Positions 50,724 through 63,734 are shown, numbered from the whole stretch's first letter. The stretch: DNA of 63,926 nucleotides, filler included, from Octopus bimaculoides (GCF_001194135.2; 8 parts of 8 records of this genome joined end to end with filler, not necessarily neighbours in it); one strand, 5' to 3'. Translations and numbers: made by a program. Notes: generated by a model not told the origin, from the letters alone.

Positions 50724-52026
50724 ATGACAGCATATATTGGTCTACTGTGTCTTCTACATTTACTGATCACCCTTGTACTGTCCATAGATATTACATACCA
50801 TGTCAAGGAAGAAGACAGTCCTCACACCTATATAGGAGACATTGCTGTTGACTCCAACTTATCACACCCTCTCACACATCAACAACACACTCTCATTACA
50901 TTTACACAACTACAAAGGACAGTCGAGAGTGGTTCTCACTTATTTAATGTCACCAACTCAGGAAAACTATACACTACTCAGACACTGGATGCTGAGTCTC
51001 TGTGTACATACAACAAAGAATGTTCCAGAATTGTTAAGGTAGCAGTGAGGAGAGGAGAAACTTTTATGAAAATATTAAAAATTAAAATATTAGTAGAAGA
51101 CGTCAATGACCATTCTCCAGAATTTCCACAAAATGAAGTTGAAATTGAAATTTCTGAAAGGGAGAGTAAAGGTACTAAAATCCCTCTTCTAAATGCCATT
51201 GATGAAGATATTTCAATACAGAATTCTCAAATTACATATATGCTTAAGAAAAGTAAAAGAGAACCATTTTCTCTCTCATTTGAAAAGCGTTATGATGGTG
51301 TTTTCATACCTACTCTAGTTTTAGGAGACAAATTGGACAGGGAACTCAAAGACTCATATATGTTGACCCTGGAAGCTAAAGATGGAGGGAACCCTCCCAA
51401 AACAGCTACACTCAAGGTACACATATCTGTGACAGATGTCAATGATAACGTACCTGTATTTTCACAGAAACTCTACAACATATCTATTAATAGTTCACAT
51501 CAAAGACATTTACCAATTCTTACTTTAAAAGCCTCAGATCAAGATTCTGGACAAAATGGAAAGATATCTTTTTATTTCAACCACAAAACATCTCGAAATA
51601 TTCAGAAATATTTTGTATTAGATAAGAAAATTGGAGATTTATTTTTACATGACGATTTTCATTTTAGTAAAAAGCAGTCATATAAATTATTTATAGAAGC
51701 ACGAGATGGAGGAAAACCTCCCCTCAGTTCTGTAACTAAAGTCCAGATTCACATTATTAATAACAGGAATACTGCTCCATTGATAAACATAGATTTTGTA
51801 TCTCCTTTATCAGAGAGCTCAGCAGCAGTTTCAGAATCAAGCAAAATTGGTAGTTTTATAGCTTATGTTATGGTCACTGACACTGACAGTGGACCTAATG
51901 GTGAGGTTATCTGTGATTTAAAACATGATAAGTTTAAACTTGCCAAAATAGATTCAAAAGAATATAAAATGATTGTTAAGGGACATCTTGACAGAGAGAT
52001 AAGGGACCACTATAAAGTATCTGTTG
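50724..52026 (+). CDS. Pcdh: Protocadherin (cephalopod-expanded type), N-terminal part: signal peptide, EC1-EC3 and most of EC4; truncated by assembly gap
   Basis: Open frame of ~434 codons before the Ns. Hydrophobic signal peptide MTAYIGLLCLLHLLITLVLS; cadherin motifs LDAE, DVNDHSPEF, AIDED, LDRE, AKDGG, DVNDNVPVF, ASDQD, VTDTDSGPNG, LDRE; protocadherin EC1 C-x5-C motif (CTYNKEC). Acceptor ttttgtcttttgtag ends at 50685, 38 nt before the ATG. Symbol is family-level only. Confidence 0.96.
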
Positions 52027-54810
52027 NNNNNNNNNNNNNNNNNNNNNNNNNNNNNNNNNNNNNNNNNNNNTTAATTAATTAANNNNNNNNNNNNNNNNNN
52101 NNNNNNNNNNNNNNNNNNNNNNNNNNATGTATGCATCTGTGGGAATATAGTATATACAGTGTACCCCTGCTTATTTGTGGTTCAGTATTTGCAGTCCTGG
52201 TTATTCATGGAACTGATAATTGTTTGCAGTAACCACCACATATTTGTGGAATTGTAAATATCGTCCGTGATGTTTCATGGCATTTTCCATGGTAATATAT
52301 ACATTTCCACACTTTTTAAGGCTAAATTATTAATAATATTATATCGTATTTGCCAGTTTTCTGGACGCCCCTTCACAGCTGAAGGTCCCTCTGATTAGAA
52401 TAACTGCGCATCAAGTCGCTTGATTTTTGTTTTTAGATACTAGTACGCTATATCTTGTATGTCTTATTCTTGCTCTCAATGAAAGCTTGCTAATTAATAT
52501 AGCGACATCTGTTTATATTTCATGCATACACTCTCTCTGTCTCTCTCACTGTATTTATCTCTCAACAACAACAACCTATCATTGAAGTGAAAGTATATAC
52601 ACACATACACACACATATATATATATACATACATACAGTGGTGGGCATTGTTAATCGAAAAGTTAACTTTGTTCATTGTTAAACCATTAATTCATTGCAA
52701 ATTTAACAGAAGTTAACATTAATCCATTAACGTTAACTTTCATTGAAAAAGCATATCTATAGTTTAATACCTCACTGACTGTGTTACCTTATAACTTCCA
52801 GAAAAATGGATACTTTTTAATGAAATTTTCACCATATCATTGCTTATAACCTGTAGATTGGGTGTCTGTGAAGATTTGTAGGAATGAAATTTTTTTAGGG
52901 GTTGGAGAGAGGAGTTTCAGAAAATTCACAGGATCTGACATTTTTCCCCTCATAACTTTCTGGAAAATAGGATGTTTTAATGAAATTTTTTACAAATACC
53001 TTCTAAATGGTATTTACATTGCAAAGAAATATGTTGGTAAAATTTTTGGAAGTGGGCAGATGGGTGGGGGTAGTTTCTGGAAAATGGAGTTTCGGATCAG
53101 ACAGCCCATATATGTTGGAAGTTCTCCATTTTGACGTGGATATTTTCGAATGTTTTTCACCTAAGTCTTCAGAATGATGGGAGGCATCTTTTCACAGAAA
53201 AGAAGAAAAATATTTTGAAAATTTATTTCCTTTCACTCCCGCCACCCCAGTCTGAAACAATTTTGGTTGTTTTTTTGTTTTTTTTCACTACGCACTTAAA
53301 CTCGTGAGAGAAACATTTTCAGTTTAAAAGAAAATTGTTAATTATCCAAGAGGTGAAAGAGTAATTTAAGGGAAATCAGGCTGTTGTTTCTAGCACATCT
53401 TAAACCTCTCTCCTCGTTTCTTTCTCACTCATGCATCTATTGATATTTTTCAATATCTTTCTCCCCATAAACAAATCTTATGGAATGATGATGTCAAAGT
53501 AACACACGTGTAGTCCCAACCAAGTGAGCCCGTGCTATGTGTGTAATAGGAAAAAAAAAATCACCTAAAGTCATCTTTAGTGTACATATCAATATGTCAA
53601 AAGTAATGCTTATGTGTTTGTTATTTTGAATTATTCAGGTTCAAGAGGGTTGTTGTCAATATTTGTTTGTAACTTTGTACATGCAGATTTGCAATTTTGT
53701 CAGTGGGTGCTTTATATACCACTGGTTTATAATTTTGTAATTTTAGCTGATCTTGCTGAGTAAATTTGACTTTTATGGGCAGGTAAATTTAATTAACTGG
53801 TGTAAAAGAAATAGCATTATGGATAAACACTAGTATTGAAATTCTTAATGCATCTTAACTGTTTGATTTGTTACTAAAATAATACCAGATTGCAACTGAC
53901 AAAATTTTGCCACTTTTCAAGATGATGTACCTGCATTTAAACTAATTGAAATGCAGATACATGCATAAAACAAAACATACAAATCTGCACATATACATAC
54001 ATAGACACATACATACATAGAAACAAAAATACCCAGTTGTTAATGTTGAAGTTCCAATGAAGGAGTCTTGGATCTAGGTTAGAAACTGACTCTTTGTCTA
54101 TTGGCAAGAAATCTTGAAATAAAACTTAACATTAACATACATAAATACATATATATGCCTATTTCTGTCGTGTGTTACAGTCAATATCTTTTATTCTAAA
54201 TTTGTCATTATCTCCCCATCCTTATCCTCCTCCTAACCTATAATCACCATTGATACCAATTTCTTTTGTCATTTCCAGTTTTTGCAAAAGTTGATTGTGG
54301 ACCACCAAAAGACATTGCTGGTGCTTCAAAGTCCTATAAAAGCACTACCTATAAATCTAAAGTAACCTACACNNNNNNNNNNNNNNNNNNNNNNNNNNNN
54401 NNNNNNNNNNNNNNNNTTAATTAATTAANNNNNNNNNNNNNNNNNNNNNNNNNNNNNNNNNNNNNNNNNNNNACCACCCTGTTCATAACTACAAACATCA
54501 CCACCAATACTATCACTGCCAACAACACTTCGACCCTACCCCCACCATCACGAACGCCACAACTACCACCATCGTCACCATAGCCACGGCGACAGCTCAT
54601 CACCATCCTCACCACCACCGCCTTCACTGTCATCCTCATCACCATCACTGCAACCATCAACACTAACCAACGCAACCACCATTAGCACAGATGGTCCTCA
54701 GGAGAGTATCAAAGTTTAACCTGATAAAAATCAACAGGACACATCTATGGCAAAGAAAACGTCCCAAAAAATAGGCAAAACAACCGTAAACAACTCGCAA
54801 AAGTCAATAA

Positions 54811-54878
<68 letters not shown>

Positions 54879-56197
54879 AAGAAGAAGAAGAAGAAGAAGA
54901 AGAAGAAGAAGAAGAAGAAGNNNNNNNNNNNNNNNNNNNNNNNNNNNNNNNNNNNNNNNNNNNNNNNNNNNNNNNNNNNNNNNNNNNNNNNNNNNNNNNN
55001 NNNNNNNNNNNNNNNNNNNNNNNNNNNNNNNNNNNNNNNNNNNNNNNNNNNNNNNNNNNNNNNNNNNNNNNNNNNNNNNNNNNNNNNNNNNNNNNNNNNN
55101 NNNNNNNNNNNNNNNNNNNNNNNNNNNNNNNNNNNNNNNNNNNNNNNNNNNNNNNNNNNNNNNNNNNNNNNNNNNNNNNNNNNNNNNNNNNNNNNNNNNN
55201 NNNNNNNNNNNNNNNNNNNNNNNNNNNNNNNNNNNNNNNNNNNNNNNNNNNNNNNNNNNNNNNNNNNNNNNNNNNNNNNNNNNNNNNNNNNNNNNNNNNN
55301 NNNNNNNNNNNNNNNNNNNNNNNNNNNNNNNNNNNNNNNNNNNNNNNNNNNNNNNNNNNNNNNNNNNNNNNNNNNNNNNNNNNNNNNNNNNNNNNNNNNN
55401 NNNNNNNNNNNNNNNNNNNNNNNNNNNNNNNNNNNNNNNNNNNNNNNNNNNNNNNNNNNNNNNNNNNNNNNNNNNNNNNNNNNNNNNNNNNNNNNNNNNN
55501 NNNNNNNNNNNNNNNNNNNNNNNNNNNNNNNNNNNNNNNNNNNNNNNNATACACACACACTCTCACACACACACACTCTCTCACACACACACTCTCGCAC
55601 ACACACACTCTCTCACACCCACATACATATATATAATGAAATGTTAAGAATATTTTGTTCGTGTTAATTGTTTTGTTTCACGAGTTATTATTTTTTCTTA
55701 TTCACGAAGAGAAAAGAAAAACACCATAAACATTTCCTTAAGAAGTTCCATAAATGCAACATAAACGAACGTAAATATCTCCGTTTCACTAAAATAGCTC
55801 ACTTTTATCCCAGTCCCGCCATCATTGTTTGATGTCGTATGCACAGGTTAGCCATTAAAGCTCTTCTTAACGACCACACCAACCGATAATGGGACATTGG
55901 TGTGTGTTTAAAATTTTTCATTTGTTTTCGTGTGTTTTTATCTGTGTGTTATTCTTTCTTTTCTGTGTGTAAGCGTCTGTATGTGTAGTTAGAGGTTAAC
56001 GGTTTTAAAATTCTAATATATTGCTTAAATGGAAAATGGCGGTTTCGTTCAGTAGTATGGCTATGGATCGCTTCTCATGGATTTCCGATTTTGCCTTCAC
56101 TTTTATTTTTGCTATAAACGTTCAGACATATATACTTGCATGCATAATGTCATACATACGTACGTACACACACAGGTGTCTATCTATCTATCTATCA

Positions 56198-56244
<47 letters not shown>

Positions 56245-56261
56245 CAGCTATCTATCTCTAA

Positions 56262-56301
<40 letters not shown>

Positions 56302-56317
56302 ATGTGTGTGTGTGTGT

Positions 56318-56683
56318 GGCGACGCAATGGCTCAATGTTTAGGGCAGCGGACTCGCGGTCGTAGGATCGCGGTTTCGATTCCCAGACCGGGCGGTTTGAG
56401 TATTTATTGAGCGAAAGCAATTAAAGCTCCACGAGCTTCCAGCAGGGGATGGTGGCAATCCTGCTGTACTCTTTCGCCACAACATTCTTTCACTCTTTCT
56501 TCCTGTTTCTGTTGTACCTGTATTTCAAAGTGTCAGCCTTGTCACAGTGTGTCATGCTGAATCTCCCCCGAGAAATACGTTAAGGGTATTTGTGTCTGTG
56601 GAGTGCTCAGCCACTTGCACGTTAATTTCACGAGCAGGCTGTTCCGTTGATTGGGTCATCTGGAACCCTCGTCGTCGCAACCG
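56318..56683 (+). mobile_element. tRNA-derived SINE, same family as 16441-16830
   Basis: Colinear similarity along the whole length with the 16441 copy. Confidence 0.85.
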
Positions 56684-56685
56684 TA

Positions 56686-56717
<32 letters not shown>

Positions 56718-56722
<5 letters not shown>

Positions 56723-57094
56723 ACAGACTTACTTGCAAAAAGGACGTGTGCGTTCAATAATTTAATAATACAAAGAATATATATGCATATATACACACAT
56801 ATATGTACATACTTACATCTACATGTGTATATAGATGAGTATCACGGAACAGGACGTTAGAACAATCAACTACAGACAACGGAACAAACACATAGGAAAA
56901 GTGGCTTTCCGTTTTCCTATGTGTTCGTTCCGTTGTCTGTAGTTCATTGTTCTAACGTCCGGTACCCTGATATGCATCTATATACACATGTAGATGTACG
57001 TATGTACATATATGTGTGTATACATGCATATATATTCTTTGTATTATTACATTATTGAACGCACACGTCCTTTTTGCAAGTAAGTCTGTACTTT
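56718..57094. repeat. ~377-bp near-perfect hairpin element
   Basis: aaagtacagacttacttgcaaaaaggacgtgtgcgttcaataa ... ttattgaacgcacacgtcctttttgcaagtaagtctgtacttt; inner arms actacagacaacggaac / gttccgttgtctgtagt. Confidence 0.9.
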
Positions 57095-57592
57095 ATTATT
57101 CTGACGTGACTCTATCTTTCTATCTATCTATCTATCTATCTTTCTATCTATCTACCTATCTATTTATCTATCTGTCTTCCTCTATCTTTCTATCTATCCC
57201 TCTATCTACCTATCTATCTTTCTTCTTACCCATCTCCCCTCTTGCTCTGCTCCCTTCTGTTGTCCTGGCTTCTACTTCACTGCTATACACTTCTGTCTCT
57301 TCCTCCTTGTTCCACTTCCTCCCTCCACCATCCTCTCTGCTCTCAAGTGACCTGTGGTCAACTTTCTTTTCACTCCAGCCGCTGTGAAGGCAAGACGAAC
57401 TACTAGCGTTCTACATCAGATTCGCGATTGGACGTACGGCTTTTTAATGTTTTCCCTGTTCAATTTTTCCTGTCTTGGTTTGTGCTTGCCACNNNNNNNN
57501 NNNNNNNNNNNNNNNNNNNNNNNNNNNNNNNNNNNNTTAATTAATTAANNNNNNNNNNNNNNNNNNNNNNNNNNNNNNNNNNNNNNNNNNNN

Positions 57593-57960
57593 GTTCGTTT
57601 ACACGCTCAGCCAAACTTCTTGCCGTTTCACCTATGTACGTCGTGTTTCTGTTTTTACACTCACCATCCATACAGCTTATTTTGTAGACTACATTTCTGG
57701 CTTTGCAGTTGGCACCAGGACTATTTTTGCACACAATGCAACTCTCCTCAACACACCTTGTTCTCCTGAAGGGATATGTTTTACATATTATTGATCTAAT
57801 GGATCTCCCTGGTTTTTCTATAACATTTATCCTCAACTTCGTACTTTTGAGGATTTTTCGAAATCTGCGGGCCAGTTCTCCGTGTGGCGTGGCGTCCACA
57901 AACATTACTCCCTGTCGGTATTGTACGACGTGGTCTTTTTGTTTGTTTTGTCACTAATTG
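57593..57960 (-). mobile_element. Penelope-like element fragment: Cys-rich linker plus N-terminal half of GIY-YIG endonuclease
   Basis: VMFVDATPHGELARR...VIEKPGRSI...PFRRTRCVEESCIVCKNSPGANCKARNVVYKISC...YIGETARSLAERVNE, ending at a gap. Confidence 0.88.
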
Positions 57961-58282
57961 TATTTCTTTCAACACACGTATCCACATCAAGAATCTTGCA
58001 CACGAAATACACACACGAAATATATATATATATATATATATTTGAATATGATGACCTCTCCTGTCAAAGACGACGCATAAGCGAGCTAACTGCACAGATA
58101 ATTCGTTTATAGTAATCAAACGTTTGTACCACACATTCACTCACACTCTCCATCGAATCGACTTTGTCTGAACAGGTGCACTGTGTGCCACACGCCATGT
58201 ATCGAAATGATGTATGTATGTGTGTGATGTGTGTGTGTGTGTGTGTGTGTGCGTGAGTGTGTGTGTGTGTTTGTGTGTTTGT

Positions 58283-58320
<38 letters not shown>

Positions 58321-58802
58321 ATAACAAGACGTAACAGGAGTTAATAAATTCTGCCAGATATAGTCAAGTATATATATATATTACTTAATGTTATATAATA
58401 TATTATATGGTATAGTATTTACAAACAAGAGTATGATGCCTCAATTACAGAAATAAACGAATAGATATAAATATGTAAATATTATTGGGGCATAAAACCT
58501 GTTTCTACGATCAAGCTGACCCTGTTAAACATATGTACATTTGCGTCTTAAGAAAATGTACGTATGCTTTACAGGTTACACACCTGCAAATGTTAATCAT
58601 CTATAATGTTATGCAACGTTTAGTGAAGTCGGTACAAATCCACGTACAAACATACGGACTTACGTATATTTGTAGGTGGAGGAGGTGGGTTATATGTGGC
58701 TGCACGTATGTATGTTTGTATGTATGTATTTATGTATGCATAAATACACGTATTAAGGCATATTTATATATGTATATGTATGCATAAATTCAATTTATAC
58801 GC

Positions 58803-58845
<43 letters not shown>

Positions 58846-59843
58846 NNNNNNNNNNNNNNNNNNNNNNNNNNNNNNNNNNNNNNNNNNNNNNNNNNNNNNN
58901 NNNNNNNNNNNNNNNNNNNNNNNNNNNNNNNNNNNNNNNNNNNNNNNNNNNNNNNNNNNNNNNNNNNNNNNNNNNNNNNNNNNNNNNNNNNNNNNNNNNN
59001 NNNNNNNNNNNNNNNNNNNNNNNNNNNNNNNNNNNNNNNNNNNNNNNNNNNNNNNNNNNNNNNNNNNNNNNNNNNNNNNNNNNNNNNNNNNNNNNNNNNN
59101 NNNNNNNNNNNNNNNNNNNNNNNNNNNNNNNNNNNNNNNNNNNNNNNNNNNNNNNNNNNNNNNNNNNNNNNNNNNNNNNNNNNNNNNNNNNNNNNNNNNN
59201 NNNNNNNNNNNNNNNNNNNNNNNNNNNNNNNNNNNNNNNNNNNNNNNNNNNNNNNNNNNNNNNNNNNNNNNNNNNNNNNNNNNNNNNNNNNNNNNNNNNN
59301 NNNNNNNNNNNNNNNNNNNNNNNNNNNNNNNNNNNNNNNNNNNNNNNNNNNNNNNNNNNNNNNNNNNNNNNNNNNNNNNNNNNNNNNNNNNNNNNNNNNN
59401 NNNNNNNNNNNNNNNNNNNNNNNNNNNNNNNNNNNNNNNNNNNNNNNNNNNNNNNNNNNNNNNNNNNNNNNNNNNNNNNNNNNNNNNNNNNNNNNNNNNN
59501 NNNNNNNNNNNNNNNNNNNNNNNNNNNNNNNNNNNNNNNNNNNNNNNNNNNNNNNNNNNNNNNNNNNNNNNNNNNNNNNNNNNNNNNNNNNNNNNNNNNN
59601 NNNNNNNNNNNNNNNNNNNNNNNNNNNNNNNNNNNNNNNNNNNNNNNNNNNNNNNNNNNNNNNNNNNNNNNNNNNNNNNNNNNNNNNNNNNNNNNNNNNN
59701 NNNNNNNNNNNNNNNNNNNNNNNNNNNNNNNNNNNNNNNNNNNNNNNNNNNNNNNNNNNNNNNNNNNNNNNNNNNNNNNNNNNNNNNNNNNNNNNNNNNN
59801 NNNNNNNNNNNNNNNNNNNNNNNNNNNNNNNNNNNNNNNNNNN

Positions 59844-59912
<69 letters not shown>

Positions 59913-60597
59913 ACAGCTATATATATCCAACATGAAACGAATGGAGACATGCTGTACAAAATGAATCAGACCTCCATGGTGATTTACAGTTGAAATCATC
60001 ACGTATATAATTTCTTATAATAACAGCTTATTGTAAACAAATAGAAATATATGTAGCTGCGTAATTATCTTAGATTTCACCAATAGATCGTATCGAGCTG
60101 TAAACAACACCTGCTGTCATATTTGATAAACAAAAATTAACGGGACTTTTGTATGAATACTACATCGGACAACTGTCATAAGTTATGCTTACACGCCCAC
60201 GCACACGCATATGGATGTCGCTATAATTATATATAAATATATACATACCTATATTTTTTATTAATATTTAGCAGAAGCAAGAGAGTGACTCAAGGATCCC
60301 TAAATCTATTTGAAACGTATACATATACTCATATTTTAAAATCTGTTTTTCTTGTCTGCATCACCATACGCACCGCATTATATATATATATATATACNNN
60401 NNNNNNNTACATACACATATATACTTATGTGTCTGTACGTATGTATTTGCGTGTGTATGTGTGATTTTGTGTACGTACGTATTTATTTTTCTCTAAAATA
60501 TACATACATAAACATATATAATGCATTTATATATAAATCTATTTAAATATATAGATGCATGTATGTACGTATATATATATAAACATTTATATATATA

Positions 60598-60794
60598 AGG
60601 AACAGATTCGCTTCCCCCAGTACAGGCAAATTGCACTGAGCGCACATATTGACAGATGCGCAGGTGATAAAACGCCGAAGTTCCTTATCTTCCCCCTGTA
60701 CCAGTGCAAAGATTCAATTTCAGTGCAAGAACGACTAATTAAAGAGAACTTATTCATTCAAAAATATAAACCACACCTCAATAATCAAATCTGA
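60598..60794 (+). mobile_element. Penelope-like element fragment: C-terminal end of GIY-YIG endonuclease
   Basis: KEQIRFPQYRQIALSAHIDRCA...FLIFPLYQC...RLIKENLFIQKYKPHLN* matches, by recall, the typical PLE endonuclease terminus (E..FI..(F/Y)KP.LN). Confidence 0.72.
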
Positions 60795-61572
60795 CAACAT
60801 TTAAAAAAACTATGCTAAGGAATCAGTTATCCCCCTTGATACCCATTACCTCCCTTGGTTCACTCCTTAAACCCTTCCTTATTTTTCAAACAGCCAAGAT
60901 GGTGAACCCACCTCATCATGCGAATTAATCATTAATCACTATACAATGACCCTTGAAAATGTAATTTAAATAGCAAAAACCGGTTGGATTTTACAACACC
61001 CATATAATATGTACATATTTATATAAAAAGAATATTGAACTATGTGAAACGAAGGCATTTTTCTTCATCATTCTTTACATTTTTCAACTCATAATTTTAC
61101 TACGTGTTGTTACTGAATCTCCAGTATTTTGGCTCCTTATATTTCTGTCTCTCTGTCCCTCTCTCTNNNNNNNNNNNNNNNNNNNNNNNNNNNNNNNNNN
61201 NNNNNNNNNNNNNNNNNNNNNNNNNNNNNNNNNNNNNNNNNNNNNNNNNNNNNNNNNNNNNNNNNNNNNNNNNNNNNNNNNNNNNNNNNNNNNNNNNNNN
61301 NNNNNNNNNNNNNNNNNNNNNNNNNNNNNNNNNNNNNNNNNNNNNNNNNNNNNNNNNNNNNNNNNNNNNNNNNNNNNNNNNNNNNNNNNNNNNNNNNNNN
61401 NNNNNNNNNNNNNNNNNNNNNNNNNNNNNNNNNNNNNNNNNNNNNNNNNNNNNNNNNNNNNNNNNNNNNNNNNNNNNNNNNNNNNNNNNNNNNNNNNNNN
61501 NNNNNNNNNNNNNNNNNNNNNNNNNNNNNNNNNNNNNNNNNNNNNNNNNNNNNNNNNNNNNNNNNNNNNNNN

Positions 61573-61627
<55 letters not shown>

Positions 61628-62542
61628 GTATATATGTATGTATATATATTTGCATACACGCTGGTGCAGTATACCTGACATATCACCCATATTTTCTGCA
61701 TCTGTTCTAAAATGCCTGCGAGACAGGACCAAACTTTAAGACATAATATATATTTTCAAAACCTTTTTACAATGCCAACCACAATGAAAATAACCAAGGC
61801 GGGTACATTAAGTTTACACCAAAACCAGAACGTATTAATACATTTCTAAACGAGTTATGCCACATCGCAAAATCTCATCACGTTGGGCCATTACATCTCT
61901 ATGCTAGTGTCAGCAAGTGCTCTATCTTTCTGAAAATAGATATACTATAATTAGACCTGAAATGGTAGAGGCATAGAATAAACGCCGTTGCCACTGTCAT
62001 TTCTTATAGAATCGTAAACTCAATTTTAATTTTTTATTATCACATCTTGAAGAAGATGTGGAAAGGAGTAGAGTAGGTAAAATTTTCGAAAATATACATA
62101 TATATAAATAGCATGTGATATAACTTATACTGTGGTTTACCAACCTTGTTGTCGAATTTTACAATTGAGTTCATATACCATTGTCTTAATTGGGTTTGAT
62201 ATCCGCTTACACGTGATTTTAGCTATCCGTCTTAAACAATAAAACACTCAAATTCCGCAAAAGTGGAATCTCATCCATTTAAAGTTAATAAAATTAGTAC
62301 CAGTGAAACAATGCAGTCGATGTAATTGACTAGTGCCTTCTCCAAAATTTTAAACCTTGCACCTACAGGGCACAGCGGCATTTCGCTTGTCTTTACCTTT
62401 TGAGTTCTAATTCTTCTAAGGTCGATTTTGCCTTCCATACTTCCGTGGTCGACAAAATAAGTACTAGTTGAACATTGAAGTGGGGGCGATGTAATCTAAC
62501 GCCCTACCCTTAATGTCAGCGTTTGTGCCTATATTAGAAAGG

Positions 62543-62623
<81 letters not shown>

Positions 62624-62743
62624 TAGTTTTATTTTTATAACGTNNNNNNNNNNNNNNNNNNNNNNNNNNNNNNNNNNNNNNNNNNNNTTAATTAATTAAN
62701 NNNNNNNNNNNNNNNNNNNNNNNNNNNNNNNNNNNNNNNNNNN

Positions 62744-62990
62744 AAGATATACTGGGATTGATTTGTTCAACTAAAACCCTTGAAGGTGGTGCCCCAGCAT
62801 GGCCACAGTCCAATGACTGAAACAAGTAAGAGATAAAAGATATACTGGGATTGATTTGTTCAACTAAAACCCTTGAAGGTGGTGCCCCAGCATGGCCACA
62901 GTCCAATGAATGAAACAAGTAAAAGATAAAAGATATACTGGGATTGATTTGTTCAACTAAAACCCTTCAAGGTGGTGCTCCAGCATGGCC
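62744..62990 (+). repeat. Tandem 93-bp repeats of a SINE/LINE 3' tail
   Basis: Units start at 62744, 62837 and 62930; each contains GGTGCCCCAGCATGGCC..AGTC.AATGA.TGAAACAAGTAA, also seen at SINE family A ends. The third unit is truncated after CAGCATGGCC. Confidence 0.85.
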
Positions 62991-63249
62991 ATGACTTTGC
63001 CTTTCATCCTTTCAGGGTCGATAAATTAAGTACCAGTTATGCACTGGGGTCGATGTAATCGACTTAATCCCATTATCTGTTCTTGCTTGTCCCTTCTATG
63101 TTTAGCCCCTCGTGAGCAATAAAGAAATAAATATCTTCAGTTATGTACAAGAATCTCCTTTAATAATACACTTGTGTTTTTCTCCGTCACAACATATGAA
63201 TGAGAAAGGAAGGGGTGATAGATGAATAAGGAAGGAAGGGGTGATGGCA

Positions 63250-63355
63250 AACTTGGTAGTGGGATGATGGAAATTCTGTGGTGAAAAAACAAAAAAATCA
63301 AACATTTCAATTCTGTGTGAGTATATGTGTGTGTATATAAAAGGGAAGTACATGA

Positions 63356-63387
<32 letters not shown>

Positions 63388-63510
63388 ATGTGTGCATTGG
63401 AAGTGGGATGGTGAACATTCAACACTGAAAAGAAAAATCAAACAGCATTTCAACTCTGTGTGAGTATATGTGTGTGTATGTAAAAGGGAAGTGTGTGAAT
63501 GTATGTGTGA
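63250..63510 (+). repeat. ~145-bp diverged tandem duplication
   Basis: gtgggatg...aaaaatcaaac...catttcaa(t/c)tctgtgtgagtatatgtgtgtgtat.taaaagggaagt occurs twice. Confidence 0.7.
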
Positions 63511-63640
63511 ACCAGCATTCTTTCAGTAACAAATGATGATCAATGTCACATCTCAAAAGAAGCCATTAGATATCATTGACAAGTGTATTGATTTGAATAA
63601 CTCTCCATATTCTATCTTTTGTCCTTATTTATATATAAAA

Positions 63641-63734
63641 TACTAGCAGAAATACCCGGCGTTGCCCGGGTTAAAGAGAATAATGAAATCTAAAAACGCC
63701 GTCTAGACTACGCATCATCTTTATATATAGAGAT
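63641..63734 (+). mobile_element. Helentron/Helitron-like non-autonomous element end
   Basis: TACTAGCAG...ACCCGGCGTTGCCCGGGT palindrome and terminal TCTTTATATATAGAGAT resemble DINE/HINE-type ends (by recall). Confidence 0.55.

Noticed and set aside
54473-54700. Pro/His/Thr-rich sequence as a Pcdh tail exon
   Set aside because: Degenerate (CAC/CAT)n low-complexity tract with an in-frame TAG and no splice support.
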